A stretch of DNA of 64,000 bases from Candidatus Parcubacteria bacterium (GTDB lineage: Bacteria; Patescibacteriota; Patescibacteriia; CAIXNZ01): assembly GCA_026395685.1 (NCBI GenBank), contig JAPLYG010000001.1, positions 7,862-71,861 of the forward strand, written 5' to 3'. Position 1 is the first letter of the stretch. Each line of letters opens with the position of its first letter. The notes under the pieces are model-generated. The model did no database searches. It saw only the letters and a list, made by a program, of their open reading frames with translations, and was not told where the DNA came from. Below are positions 20,614-29,840 of the stretch, one piece after another. Made by a program: the position numbers and the translations under genes.

Positions 20614-21564
20614 ATGCCGAAAACGAACTATTGGGATTTAACCAATAGGCCACATACAAAATTAAAACTGGAGATTTATGAAAAATACCTTAAGTCATGG
20701 TGCCAAATTTTTAAAAAACAGGCATGGGCTAAGGATGTTTTTATAGTAGATTGCTTTGCTGGTAAGGGCGATTACCTTGATAATGGCGCAATCGTGGATG
20801 GTTCTCCTCTCATAACCATAAAAACAGTTAAGGAAATTAATGAGGATTTTAAGAATAACAAAGTCAGGAATAAAGATTATTTTAAAATCAAATGTTTTTT
20901 TATTGAAGAAAATTCTGGTTATGCCAATAATTTAACTAAGCTTTTGGAGCCATATAAGAAGGATGTTGAATTTGAAATAATCAATGATGACTTCAATAAA
21001 GTAATCGCTAGGCTGGTAAAAGATATGGCAAATAAGCCGGCGTTATTTTTTATTGATCCCTATGGCATAAAAAGCGTGAATAAATCTAGCATCTTATCAG
21101 TTATTAATAAACCAGGGGCCAAAGATATTTTATTTAACTATATAAACGAAGGAGTCATCAGGATTGCTGGATTAGCCAAGAAAGTAATAACTAGAGACAT
21201 TGACGATATCACAGTCACGGAACTTAAAACAATAAAGCATTTGCAGAATTTTATTGGCGATAAGTTTTTAGAACTTATTGATAAAAATGACATAGAAATA
21301 CTTAAGTATTATGTTGATAATATTTTAAAAAGCAATAATAACGATACTGCCGGGAAAAATAATCTCGATGTAATCGGCTTTGACATGCCTTACCCCAATA
21401 AAAGCGATACGATTTATTATTTATTGTTTGCGTCAAGAAACAAACAGGCGATGAAAATCGTAAGCCAAGTATATGCTAACAGCAAAAAGGAAAACTTGCA
21501 GAAACAAAAAAGCCTTTTTGATTCTAAAGAGCAATTGAGAATACATAAGGATTTTAAGGTCTAA
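20614..21564 (+). CDS. Hypothetical protein, possible TcmP-like partner protein (MTase-like 'IVDCFAGKGDY')
   Basis: N-terminal 'FIVDCFAGKGDYLDNGAIVDGSPL' and 'LFFIDPYG'. Tight pairing with the downstream Cys-motif gene. The assignment is from memory of the family and not verified. Confidence 0.3.
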   Translation: MPKTNYWDLTNRPHTKLKLEIYEKYLKSWCQIFKKQAWAKDVFIVDCFAGKGDYLDNGAIVDGSPLITIKTVKEINEDFKNNKVRNKDYFKIKCFFIEENSGYANNLTKLLEPYKKDVEFEIINDDFNKVIARLVKDMANKPALFFIDPYGIKSVNKSSILSVINKPGAKDILFNYINEGVIRIAGLAKKVITRDIDDITVTELKTIKHLQNFIGDKFLELIDKNDIEILKYYVDNILKSNNNDTAGKNNLDVIGFDMPYPNKSDTIYYLLFASRNKQAMKIVSQVYANSKKENLQKQKSLFDSKEQLRIHKDFKV

Positions 21565-21599
21565 GTATAAATATGATATAATTAAAACATATAAATCCC

Positions 21600-22439
21600 A
21601 TGCAAAAAATAACCAGAAAATCTCTTTTATATAAAAGCGGTGTTGAATACGCTGATTTTTGCATTAATCATGTAGAGGGATGCTCTCATGGCTGTAAGTT
21701 TCCTTGCTATGCCATGATGATGAAAAAACGATGTGGGGTAATTAAGACTTATAGCGACTGGATCCAACCTAAAATAGTAAGCAACGCCCTGGAATTACTT
21801 GATAAGGAAATCCCCAGGTTGAAACATAAGATTAAAGTAGTTCATCTTTGTTTCACAACTGACCCTTTTATGTATAAACAGCCGGAGATTACAGATTTAA
21901 CTTTGAAAATTATTGAGAAGTTAAATGCTAATGGCATCAGATGCACGGTATTGACTAAAGGAATTTATCCTAAAGAATTGGCAGACACTACGAAATATAG
22001 TCCCAGCAATGAATATGCCGTAACTTTGGTTTCTCTGAATAAAAATTTCAAGGAGCAATTTGAGCCTGGCACAGCTCCTTACGAATCAAGAATAAACGCT
22101 TTAAAATATCTGCATGACAGTGGATTAAACACCTGGGTCAGTATGGAGCCTTATCCAACCCCTAATTTAGTCAGGCAAGACCTGGAGAAAATATTGGAGA
22201 AAATAGATTTTGTCGACAAGATAATTTTTGGCAAATTAAATTATAATGTTAAGGTTACCCAATTCCAAGATAATAAAGATTTTTATGATAATTGCGCCAG
22301 TGTTGTTACAGATTTTTGCACTCAAAATAATATAAGCTATCATATTAAATACGGCACGGCAAAAAAAGATAATTTTAAAACAGAGAAAATTTTCAAAGTT
22401 GCGAGCTGTAATTTAGATCCTGTAACTTTTAATGTTTAA
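21600..22439 (+). CDS. COG1533/spore-photoproduct-lyase-like Cys-motif protein (variant 'GCSHGCKFPCYA')
   Basis: 'NHVEGCSHGCKFPCYAMM' resembles the 'GCxHGCxYCYA' radical-SAM-type motif of SplB-like DNA repair lyases, but with CX3CX3C spacing. Confidence 0.4.
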   Translation: MQKITRKSLLYKSGVEYADFCINHVEGCSHGCKFPCYAMMMKKRCGVIKTYSDWIQPKIVSNALELLDKEIPRLKHKIKVVHLCFTTDPFMYKQPEITDLTLKIIEKLNANGIRCTVLTKGIYPKELADTTKYSPSNEYAVTLVSLNKNFKEQFEPGTAPYESRINALKYLHDSGLNTWVSMEPYPTPNLVRQDLEKILEKIDFVDKIIFGKLNYNVKVTQFQDNKDFYDNCASVVTDFCTQNNISYHIKYGTAKKDNFKTEKIFKVASCNLDPVTFNV

Positions 22440-22485
22440 ATATAACTAAAAAAGAGACGATTTAAACGCCTCTTTTTTGTTTTAA

Positions 22486-23946
22486 CTATATTTTTTCTAA
22501 AAACTTTAATATCTCCACCATGGCCATTGTATCCATAAAGCAATAATCCAGCATATCCCTATAAAGTTTATCTTTTTCTTTTTTATCAATATCATGATCA
22601 ATCAAGGTTTTCCAACTATCAGAAGCAGTCCCGCCTTCCTGAATATTTAAATCCTTGTAGGACAATTTGGGAATCAATACGGGCAATACCTTTTTAATAG
22701 ATGCGCTCCCGTGGAAATTCTTATGGACATAATAGCCTTTGCGGAAAATGAGCATTAGATCGTACATTGAATCATTGACTGATTTTAAGAACATAGCATA
22801 TTGCGGAGCCCGTTTTGCCATTTCACTGTTACAGCCCTTTTCAAACATCGCATTCCATGAAATGGCAGTGCCTTTCTTAGATATAAATTTTCTAAGAGCT
22901 TTTAATAAATCTTCAGTCGGATCTTTAAAGTCTTTGGCCAGAAATTCATAATGATTCAGCTTTCCGCCCGGCTTTTCCTGCACATGCAGGGAAAACTGAA
23001 AGACAATGCGCTGATAGGGCTTGTAGCCGTCAAAAAGCGGGATAGCAGGGCTGAATGTCTCGTAATCAAGGAAATAGAGCGGATATTTGAGGTTACTTAG
23101 GTCTTCTTTGATGTTTTCTGGTTCAATATGGACTTTGTTATGCTTAACCACATGTCGGTGCATTAAAGCTCGGTCTCTGGTCAAAAAGTCCTCGGGAACG
23201 TCCTTAATTTCTAAAATATCCTGATCTAGGAGCTCATTTAGCTTTTTCTCGCTTAATCCGCAGGCAATGCTGTAAATTGAGTGGTCTGGCACGTCTTTCC
23301 AGCAGTAATCAATGAATGGGCATTCATAGGGACTATTACATTGCTTTAAGATCCTTATTTGGGGTTCTTTGGGAGATTTGATAAGTTTAAGAGCGGATTC
23401 AATGTTTAGCTTGGTTTCGCTGATCAGATTTCTGACATCAGAAGTAATATCCTCAATCTTTAATAATTTTTTAGGATCAATTTCGCCTTTTCTTACATAG
23501 CTGGTATTGATTACAACCAAATGGGTTTTACCGATTTTATAACCTGCAGATTCAAAACAGACTTTCTGGAAGGACAAGTCAATGATATGGATATCTTTGA
23601 CCTGGGTTGAACTTTTAACTTCGTAAATATCCCACTTGTCTCCGTTCTTAACAAAAATATCAGCCATTGCGTAAAGGCTATTGGCCATGGCAGTGGCTTG
23701 AAAAATAACTTTATTGCCGTCTTTGATCAGTTTGTCAGTATTTTTCTTGGCGGTTTCATAAAGCCCCTCTGCCTTAACTCCCTTAGGAAATAATTTGCGA
23801 GCATAATCTTCAACTTCATAACCTTCGTCAAATATTCTTTGCAATGATTCATCTGTTTCTTCAGGCAACAAATCACGGCGGAATTTATACAGCCAAAGGT
23901 ATTTGTAGCACTGGATATATTTTAGGAATTGGGATTTGGATAGCAT
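22486..23946 (-). CDS. DUF2779-like protein with N-terminal Cas4/RecB-like PD-(D/E)xK nuclease domain
   Basis: 'SKSQFLKYIQCYKYLWL' and 'MADIFVKNGDKWDIYEVKSST' (D...E-x-K), plus a long C-terminal domain. Confidence 0.4.
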   Translation of the reverse strand: MLSKSQFLKYIQCYKYLWLYKFRRDLLPEETDESLQRIFDEGYEVEDYARKLFPKGVKAEGLYETAKKNTDKLIKDGNKVIFQATAMANSLYAMADIFVKNGDKWDIYEVKSSTQVKDIHIIDLSFQKVCFESAGYKIGKTHLVVINTSYVRKGEIDPKKLLKIEDITSDVRNLISETKLNIESALKLIKSPKEPQIRILKQCNSPYECPFIDYCWKDVPDHSIYSIACGLSEKKLNELLDQDILEIKDVPEDFLTRDRALMHRHVVKHNKVHIEPENIKEDLSNLKYPLYFLDYETFSPAIPLFDGYKPYQRIVFQFSLHVQEKPGGKLNHYEFLAKDFKDPTEDLLKALRKFISKKGTAISWNAMFEKGCNSEMAKRAPQYAMFLKSVNDSMYDLMLIFRKGYYVHKNFHGSASIKKVLPVLIPKLSYKDLNIQEGGTASDSWKTLIDHDIDKKEKDKLYRDMLDYCFMDTMAMVEILKFLEKI

Positions 23947-23961
23947 AAGCTTGTTTATATA

Positions 23962-25029
23962 TTAACGCAGTTTCTTCAAAACATCCATAACCCCCGACTT
24001 CTCTAATTCAAGTAGAGAATTGTAAATAAAAGTTATTGCCTTTTTTTCTCCACCCTTAATGAATTCGGGGAATGCCATTTCTTTTAAATATGGCCAATGA
24101 ATATCGTTCGGTTGTTTTACGAAAAATGTCTTATCGATTTTCTGCGGTTTTATATTTTTAAACTTTTCAGCGAATTCTTTTTTCCAGATAGCGATACATT
24201 GATAGTAATAAAGTCCATTCGTATAATTTTTTTCATCTATATATAAAGCGAAGCCTAATTCAATCCGTTTAAACCAACTCCATTCGTTTCTGCCAAAAAA
24301 TAAATAGAACAACATGTTGTCACTGCTGAATTTTGGGGTATTGCGTGTCACTTGCAATTTATGTTTCTTTAAAAATCCGATAATCCTTTTGTCTTTGTAA
24401 ATCTGTTTTAAAAAGGCAATTAGTTTTTTATTAAAGCCCAGGAAATTTGTTTTGGAAAGGGCGATGTCTTTCTTATCAAAACCCTGAAATGGTTGCATAT
24501 CTAATTCTTTCATGAATTTTAAAAAATTAGTAATAAAATATTTATTGGTTTTATTAATCTTATTATTATGAAAATAATCGTCCAAAAGATTATAGACCTC
24601 AAACCATTCAAATTGTCCTAGGAATTTGTCGATATTACTTTTAACTTGTATACTGCCCTGATCTTTCGTTATAAAACAAACAAAACCTTTATTCATTCGT
24701 AGATATTTTTCAACTTGTCCAAAATCATCCTCTGTAGCGTCGTCATAATAACGGTTTTCATGAGCATTGACTTTAATTTCAATAAATATTTTCTTATAGT
24801 TTTTATCAGTAACCTGCAAATCAATTATTGAATTGCCATATCTGACTTGGCTTTCTAAGGTAAAAGGAGCTTTAAATACCTGATCGTTACTGATATATTT
24901 TACAAATTTATTTAGAAGATCTGCATCAAGAGAAAGTATGATTTTTAAGCTTTCAGTAAAAAAATTCTCCGCAGGAGTCATTCCCGGCTGAGGCTTGTAT
25001 CTATATAAGGTAGAAAAAATATTTTCCAT
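23962..25029 (-). CDS. PD-(D/E)xK nuclease-superfamily protein (hypothetical), first gene of a two-gene minus-strand operon
   Basis: 'GNSIIDLQVTDKNYKKIFIEIKVNAHE' core. The likely start is Met 'MENIFSTLYR' at 25029 rather than the extended ORF start at 25080. Confidence 0.35.
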   Translation of the reverse strand: MENIFSTLYRYKPQPGMTPAENFFTESLKIILSLDADLLNKFVKYISNDQVFKAPFTLESQVRYGNSIIDLQVTDKNYKKIFIEIKVNAHENRYYDDATEDDFGQVEKYLRMNKGFVCFITKDQGSIQVKSNIDKFLGQFEWFEVYNLLDDYFHNNKINKTNKYFITNFLKFMKELDMQPFQGFDKKDIALSKTNFLGFNKKLIAFLKQIYKDKRIIGFLKKHKLQVTRNTPKFSSDNMLFYLFFGRNEWSWFKRIELGFALYIDEKNYTNGLYYYQCIAIWKKEFAEKFKNIKPQKIDKTFFVKQPNDIHWPYLKEMAFPEFIKGGEKKAITFIYNSLLELEKSGVMDVLKKLR

Positions 25030-25046
25030 ATAATAGGTGAAATTTT

Positions 25047-25083
25047 TGGGAAAACAAAAAGGGTCCCACGTCGGTGGCACCCT
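25047..25083 (-). terminator. Hairpin plus U-run immediately upstream of the 23962-25029 start (leader attenuator or terminator of an upstream sRNA)
   Basis: Minus strand reads 'GGGTGCCACCGACGTGGGACCC' followed by 'TTTTTGTTTT', about 20 nt before the ATG. Confidence 0.4.
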
Positions 25084-25782
25084 TTCGGGCGCCCAACAAC
25101 CTTTCGGATGTTGACCATTCGCATAGTGCCGATCATGAGACCGTCTTTATGCGAATGGATTTGAGCGACCATGCCCCAAGGAGGAATCCTTGGGGGTTAG
25201 GTCCAAATTGTATGAAATTATTCATATCATACCTTAAAAAATGGTTGCTGTAAAGCGGGGTTACCGACAGTTTATCTACTCGGGTTTCAGCAAAAAGTTA
25301 TCCACAATTTAATTTTTGACTTACAAAATCACAAAATTATAACATATCTGATTTTGCTTAATCTTAGATGAATTTTCATGGTTGACTTACGAGATGTAAT
25401 TATCTGAAAAACACGATTATAAACTTGACGGAACTGCTAGTTAAGCTATAATTAATGTAACAGTTCTTGTGACTAGCTCTTCGAAAACTTAATATCAGCA
25501 ATAAGATATAAGATTTTATAACTAATTAACATTTAAGTTCGGTTTTAAAAAGGAAAAAATCTATAACCCTAATAAAAGGTTTTAGGTTTGAAGTTAAAAT
25601 ATAAGATTTAAAATTAAAATTCTAAAAAAGTTCCAGTCATTTAATATCCCTATAAGATATTAAATTTAATTTTAAACAATCCAGCAATGGGTATATTTTA
25701 ACAACAGACTTAAGGCCTTTTTTTGTTAAAAGCTATCCCCATTGAGGATAGCTTTTTAATTATTTATAATTAATTTTATTTT

Positions 25783-27054
25783 ATGCAAAACTCAGCCAAA
25801 TTAAAAATAGAGTCAATTCCTATTGCTGAACTTAAGGTGGATATTTACAATCCCAGAATCCACACGCCAGAAGCAATAAGCCAGCTAAAAGAGTCAATTA
25901 AAAAGTTCGGCGAAATTTCGCCAATAGTGGCTAATAGTGCTCCCAACAGGAAAAATATTGTAATTTCGGGGCACATGAGAATAAAAGCCTGCTTAGAGTT
26001 AGGGCTTAAGGAAATACCGACAATTTTTGTGAACATCCCCGACATTAATCGAGAAAAAGAATTAAATCTTCGCATGAACCGTACTGGCTCATGGGATTAT
26101 GAACTTCTTAAGAGTTTTGACTTAAATGTCCTTTTGGATGTTGGGTTCGATAACAGTGATTTATCTTTGATATGGGATCAGAACTTGGAAACTGAAGATG
26201 ACAGTTTTGATGTAGAAACGGAATTAAAAGAGATTAAGAAAACAGACATAAAAGTTGGAGATTTATTCCAGATTGGATCTCATAGGATTTTGTGCGGTAA
26301 TTCATTGGATCTTTCAGCAGTAAAAGGGCTTATGGGCGGTAAAAAGACAAGGATGATATATACCGATCCGATCTACAACATCTCTCTGGATTATAACTTG
26401 GGGATTTCTCAGAAACAAAATTATGGCGGACAAACTAATGACAAGAAAACCGATGCTGAATACAAAGAATTTCTGAAAGGAGCTATTTCTAATGGATTGG
26501 CGGTTTCTGAAAAGGATTTACATGTGTTTGTTTACTGTGACCAAAGATATATTGGTTTAATTCAAGATCTTTATCATGAGCTTGGGATAAAGAACCAAAG
26601 GGTCTGCCTTTGGATTAAGAATGGATTTAATGTAACTCCACAAATAGGTTTTAATAAATCATATGAGCCTTGTGTTTATGGAACAATGGGAACGCCTTTT
26701 CTTTCAGACATAAAGAACTTAAGTGAAATTTTAAACAAGGAAATCGGCACAGGAAACAGAACAATTGATGACATCATGGACTTGTTGGATATTTGGCTGG
26801 TTAAACGTTTGCCAGGCCAAGATTACACACACGCCACAGAGAAGCCAACAACTCTCCATGAAAAAGCAATAAAAAGATGTACATCTCCTGGCGATATTAT
26901 TTTAGATCTATTCGCTGGTTCGGGATCAGCCATTATTAGTAGTGAACAACTTAAGCGAGTATGTTACGCCGTCGAGATTGAACCTATCTTCGTACAACTA
27001 ATTATTAACAGGTTTGAAAAATATGCAAACATCAAAGCAAAAAAGCTCAATTAA
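25783..27054 (+). CDS. ParB-N domain fused to beta-class N4/N6 DNA methyltransferase
   Basis: ParB-like 'ISGHMRIKAC'. MTase motif IV 'MIYTDPIYN' precedes motif I 'ILDLFAGSGSAII...YAVEIEP'. Confidence 0.75.
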   Translation: MQNSAKLKIESIPIAELKVDIYNPRIHTPEAISQLKESIKKFGEISPIVANSAPNRKNIVISGHMRIKACLELGLKEIPTIFVNIPDINREKELNLRMNRTGSWDYELLKSFDLNVLLDVGFDNSDLSLIWDQNLETEDDSFDVETELKEIKKTDIKVGDLFQIGSHRILCGNSLDLSAVKGLMGGKKTRMIYTDPIYNISLDYNLGISQKQNYGGQTNDKKTDAEYKEFLKGAISNGLAVSEKDLHVFVYCDQRYIGLIQDLYHELGIKNQRVCLWIKNGFNVTPQIGFNKSYEPCVYGTMGTPFLSDIKNLSEILNKEIGTGNRTIDDIMDLLDIWLVKRLPGQDYTHATEKPTTLHEKAIKRCTSPGDIILDLFAGSGSAIISSEQLKRVCYAVEIEPIFVQLIINRFEKYANIKAKKLN

Positions 27055-27793
27055 ATATGGTGACATTTTTACGCTAGGCGAACATCTTTTATGTTGCGGA
27101 AATTGTACAGATACGGAATTAGTAAAGAGGTTATTGGGCAATAATAAAATTAAATTAATTTTGGCGGATGTGCCGTATGGCGTGAATTTTACCCAATCAA
27201 AAGAAAGTTTATTGAAAAAAGAGACAAAGCATAAAGATATTGTCGGTGATGAAGATCAAAGCGACGAAAAATACAGTTCCTTCACCCGAGAATGGCTAGA
27301 AGCGATTAAACCTTATTTGGAAAGGAAAAATGCCTTCTATATTTTTAATTCAGATAAGATGATTTTTTCACTCAGACAAGGGATTGAGAATGCTGGTTAC
27401 AATTTTGGGCAGCTTCTAATTTGGGTGAAGAGTCAGGCTGTAATCGGACGAAAGGATTATCTTCCCATGCATGAGCTTATTGCATACGGATGGTGTGGTA
27501 CTCATGAATTTATGAAAAGTAAGGCGAAAAGCGTGCTCTTTTATCCTAAACCTCAAAACAACAATCTTCATCCGACAATGAAACCAATCAGTTTGTTAAG
27601 AGATTTGATTTTGAATAGCACAAGGATTGGTGACATTGTTTATGATGGATTCGTTGGGTCTGGGTCAACTATTTTAAGTTGTGAGCAAACTAAGAGAAAA
27701 TGTTTTGCTTTTGAGATCGAACCCGACTATTGCCGAGTTATTCTTGAGAGATTCGAGAAATTAACAGGCATTAAACCTAAAAAACTAACTTAA
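27014..27793 (+). CDS. Beta-class DNA methyltransferase (phage-type orphan MTase)
   Basis: 'LILADVPYG' (DPPY variant) and 'VYDGFVGSGSTIL...FAFEIEP'. Confidence 0.75.
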   Translation: MKNMQTSKQKSSIKYGDIFTLGEHLLCCGNCTDTELVKRLLGNNKIKLILADVPYGVNFTQSKESLLKKETKHKDIVGDEDQSDEKYSSFTREWLEAIKPYLERKNAFYIFNSDKMIFSLRQGIENAGYNFGQLLIWVKSQAVIGRKDYLPMHELIAYGWCGTHEFMKSKAKSVLFYPKPQNNNLHPTMKPISLLRDLILNSTRIGDIVYDGFVGSGSTILSCEQTKRKCFAFEIEPDYCRVILERFEKLTGIKPKKLT

Positions 27794-27797
27794 TACT

Positions 27798-28205
27798 ATG
27801 AAAGATCTAAAAACTAAAGAGTTATTTCTAGACCAGCTTAAGAAGACCCCAATAATTCAGGTCTGTTGTGAAAAAACTGGCATCAGCAGAGCAACACTTT
27901 ATCGCTGGAAAGCAAAGGATAAGGGTTTTGCTGAAAAATTAGATAAAGCCTTAGGCGAAGGCACTGAATTGGTAAATGATTGCGCTGAAAGCATGTTAAT
28001 TTCAGCTATTAAGGATAAAAACATGACGGCCATCACCTACTGGTTAAAAAATAAGTGTCCTGGATATATGCCTAAGCTGGAATTGTCGGGCAAAGTAAAA
28101 GTGGAAAACGAGGCTCTGTCCGAAGAACAGAAGTCTCTAATCAAGAAAGCCCTTGAGCTTTCTGGCTTAAATATTAATGATCCTAAATATGATAAGTACA
28201 AATAA
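27798..28205 (+). CDS. Phage terminase small subunit-like HTH protein
   Basis: 'KTGISRATLYRWKAKDKGFAEK'. Sits directly upstream of and overlapping the terminase large subunit. Confidence 0.5.
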   Translation: MKDLKTKELFLDQLKKTPIIQVCCEKTGISRATLYRWKAKDKGFAEKLDKALGEGTELVNDCAESMLISAIKDKNMTAITYWLKNKCPGYMPKLELSGKVKVENEALSEEQKSLIKKALELSGLNINDPKYDKYK

Positions 28206-29760
28206 TTTTGACCCAGAGCTAATAGCCAAAATAATGGTTGATCAAAAAGTCAGACAGGAAATCGCCTACAATTCTCATGTATTGTTCTTCCATATTTATT
28301 TTAGCCACTATGTCCAATATCAGACTGCGGATTTCCAGCGTAATCTATTTGATTTGACGCATGATGCTGAAAATCCGTTATTGTGCGTGCTCGCTTTTAG
28401 GGGTTCAGGCAAAAGTTCTATTATGTCAGTATCATTTCCGATTTGGGCAGTACTCGGCAAATTACAGAAAAAACACGTGGTGTTGATTGCCCAAACAATG
28501 GATCAAGCCAAACAAATGCTATTTAACATAAAAACCGAGCTTGAAAATAACCAGCTGCTTAAATCGGATCTGGGACCATTTAAGGAAGAAGAAGACTGGC
28601 GTTCATATACATTGGTATTATCCAAATATGGTGCGAGAATTTCGGCGCTGTCAACTGAGCAAAGCAGTAGAGGCATCAGACACAGAGAAAACCGTCCTGA
28701 TTTGATTATTTTAGATGATGTGGAAAATTCTTATTCCGTTAAGACCAAAGAGTCGAGAGACAAATTATATAATTGGTTTAATTCTGAAATTGTGCCTTTA
28801 GGCGATAAGCAAACTCAAACTGTGATAATTGGGAATCTGCTTCATGAAGATTCTTTGATGATGAGAATAAAGGAAAGAATTACCAGCGACAATCTTACCG
28901 GCAAATTTGTAGAAATACCGATTGTTTATAAAGATGGAAAGATTGCCTGGCCGGGAAAGTATCCGACGATGGCTGATATTGAAAATCTAAAAAAAAGAAT
29001 GCCCGATCCCGCCATCTTTGCTTTGGAGTATGAATTAAGAAAAATTGATGATGGAGATAGAATAATTCATCAGGAATGGATTAAAACTTATGCTAATCTT
29101 CCAGATCCCAATGATAAAACACATAGATACTTATTCACCGTCTCAGGAATTGATCCTGCGGCTTCGACTGATAGCGGAGCATGCTTTACGGCAATAATTT
29201 CTGCTCATATCTACCAAATTCGCGAAAGGCTTAAAATTTTTATTTTGCCTAATCCATTAAACAAAAGGCTGACATTCCCTCAGTTGATAGAGCAGATAAA
29301 ATTATTGGATATACGATTAAAAAGGGAGAAACATAAATTATTTATCGAAGATGTTGGCTATCAAAAAGTATTAATTCAGGAATTGTCTTCTCAGTATTTT
29401 GCCGTAGAAGGAATAAAAGTTGGCTCTCTTAATAAGTATGAAAGATTAAAGTTGACCAGCAATGCGGTTTTTGACGGGACTGTTTTGTTTCCTGAAAAAG
29501 GCTGTGAAGCGTTAATAAATCAGATTGTTAATTTCGGCGTAGAAAGATATAAGGATCTGGCAGATGCCTTTTCGCTATTAATTAACCAGCTGATATCCGC
29601 TAATTATAAGCAGAACGAACTTTATGTGACAACAGGAAATTTTACTCATATAAATATCCCCGGTCAAGACCATTTCACTGAACAGTCAAAGGCGGCAAAG
29701 ATAGCTGAATATAAAAGGTTACAGGATAAAATTAACAGAGACGGGTTTCTGTATTTTTAG
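28177..29760 (+). CDS. Phage terminase large subunit (TerL)
   Basis: P-loop 'AFRGSGKSS', 'LIILDDVEN', and a C-terminal RNaseH-like nuclease region with conserved acidic residues. Confidence 0.7.
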   Translation: MILNMISTNNFDPELIAKIMVDQKVRQEIAYNSHVLFFHIYFSHYVQYQTADFQRNLFDLTHDAENPLLCVLAFRGSGKSSIMSVSFPIWAVLGKLQKKHVVLIAQTMDQAKQMLFNIKTELENNQLLKSDLGPFKEEEDWRSYTLVLSKYGARISALSTEQSSRGIRHRENRPDLIILDDVENSYSVKTKESRDKLYNWFNSEIVPLGDKQTQTVIIGNLLHEDSLMMRIKERITSDNLTGKFVEIPIVYKDGKIAWPGKYPTMADIENLKKRMPDPAIFALEYELRKIDDGDRIIHQEWIKTYANLPDPNDKTHRYLFTVSGIDPAASTDSGACFTAIISAHIYQIRERLKIFILPNPLNKRLTFPQLIEQIKLLDIRLKREKHKLFIEDVGYQKVLIQELSSQYFAVEGIKVGSLNKYERLKLTSNAVFDGTVLFPEKGCEALINQIVNFGVERYKDLADAFSLLINQLISANYKQNELYVTTGNFTHINIPGQDHFTEQSKAAKIAEYKRLQDKINRDGFLYF

Positions 29761-29840
29761 TTATCAACAATGCCTCCTGGACTCAGCAAAGCCGTTGCGT
29801 CATCCCTTGTCTTAGGTAATAACTATTAACCTTAAGACCT

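Noticed and set aside
25251-25266. 14-nt identity 'AGCGGGGTTACCGA' to the 3' part of the c-di-GMP-I (GEMM) riboswitch
   Set aside because: The rest of the GEMM consensus (GGCAAACC, GGGACGCAAAGCC) is absent, so the match is probably coincidental.
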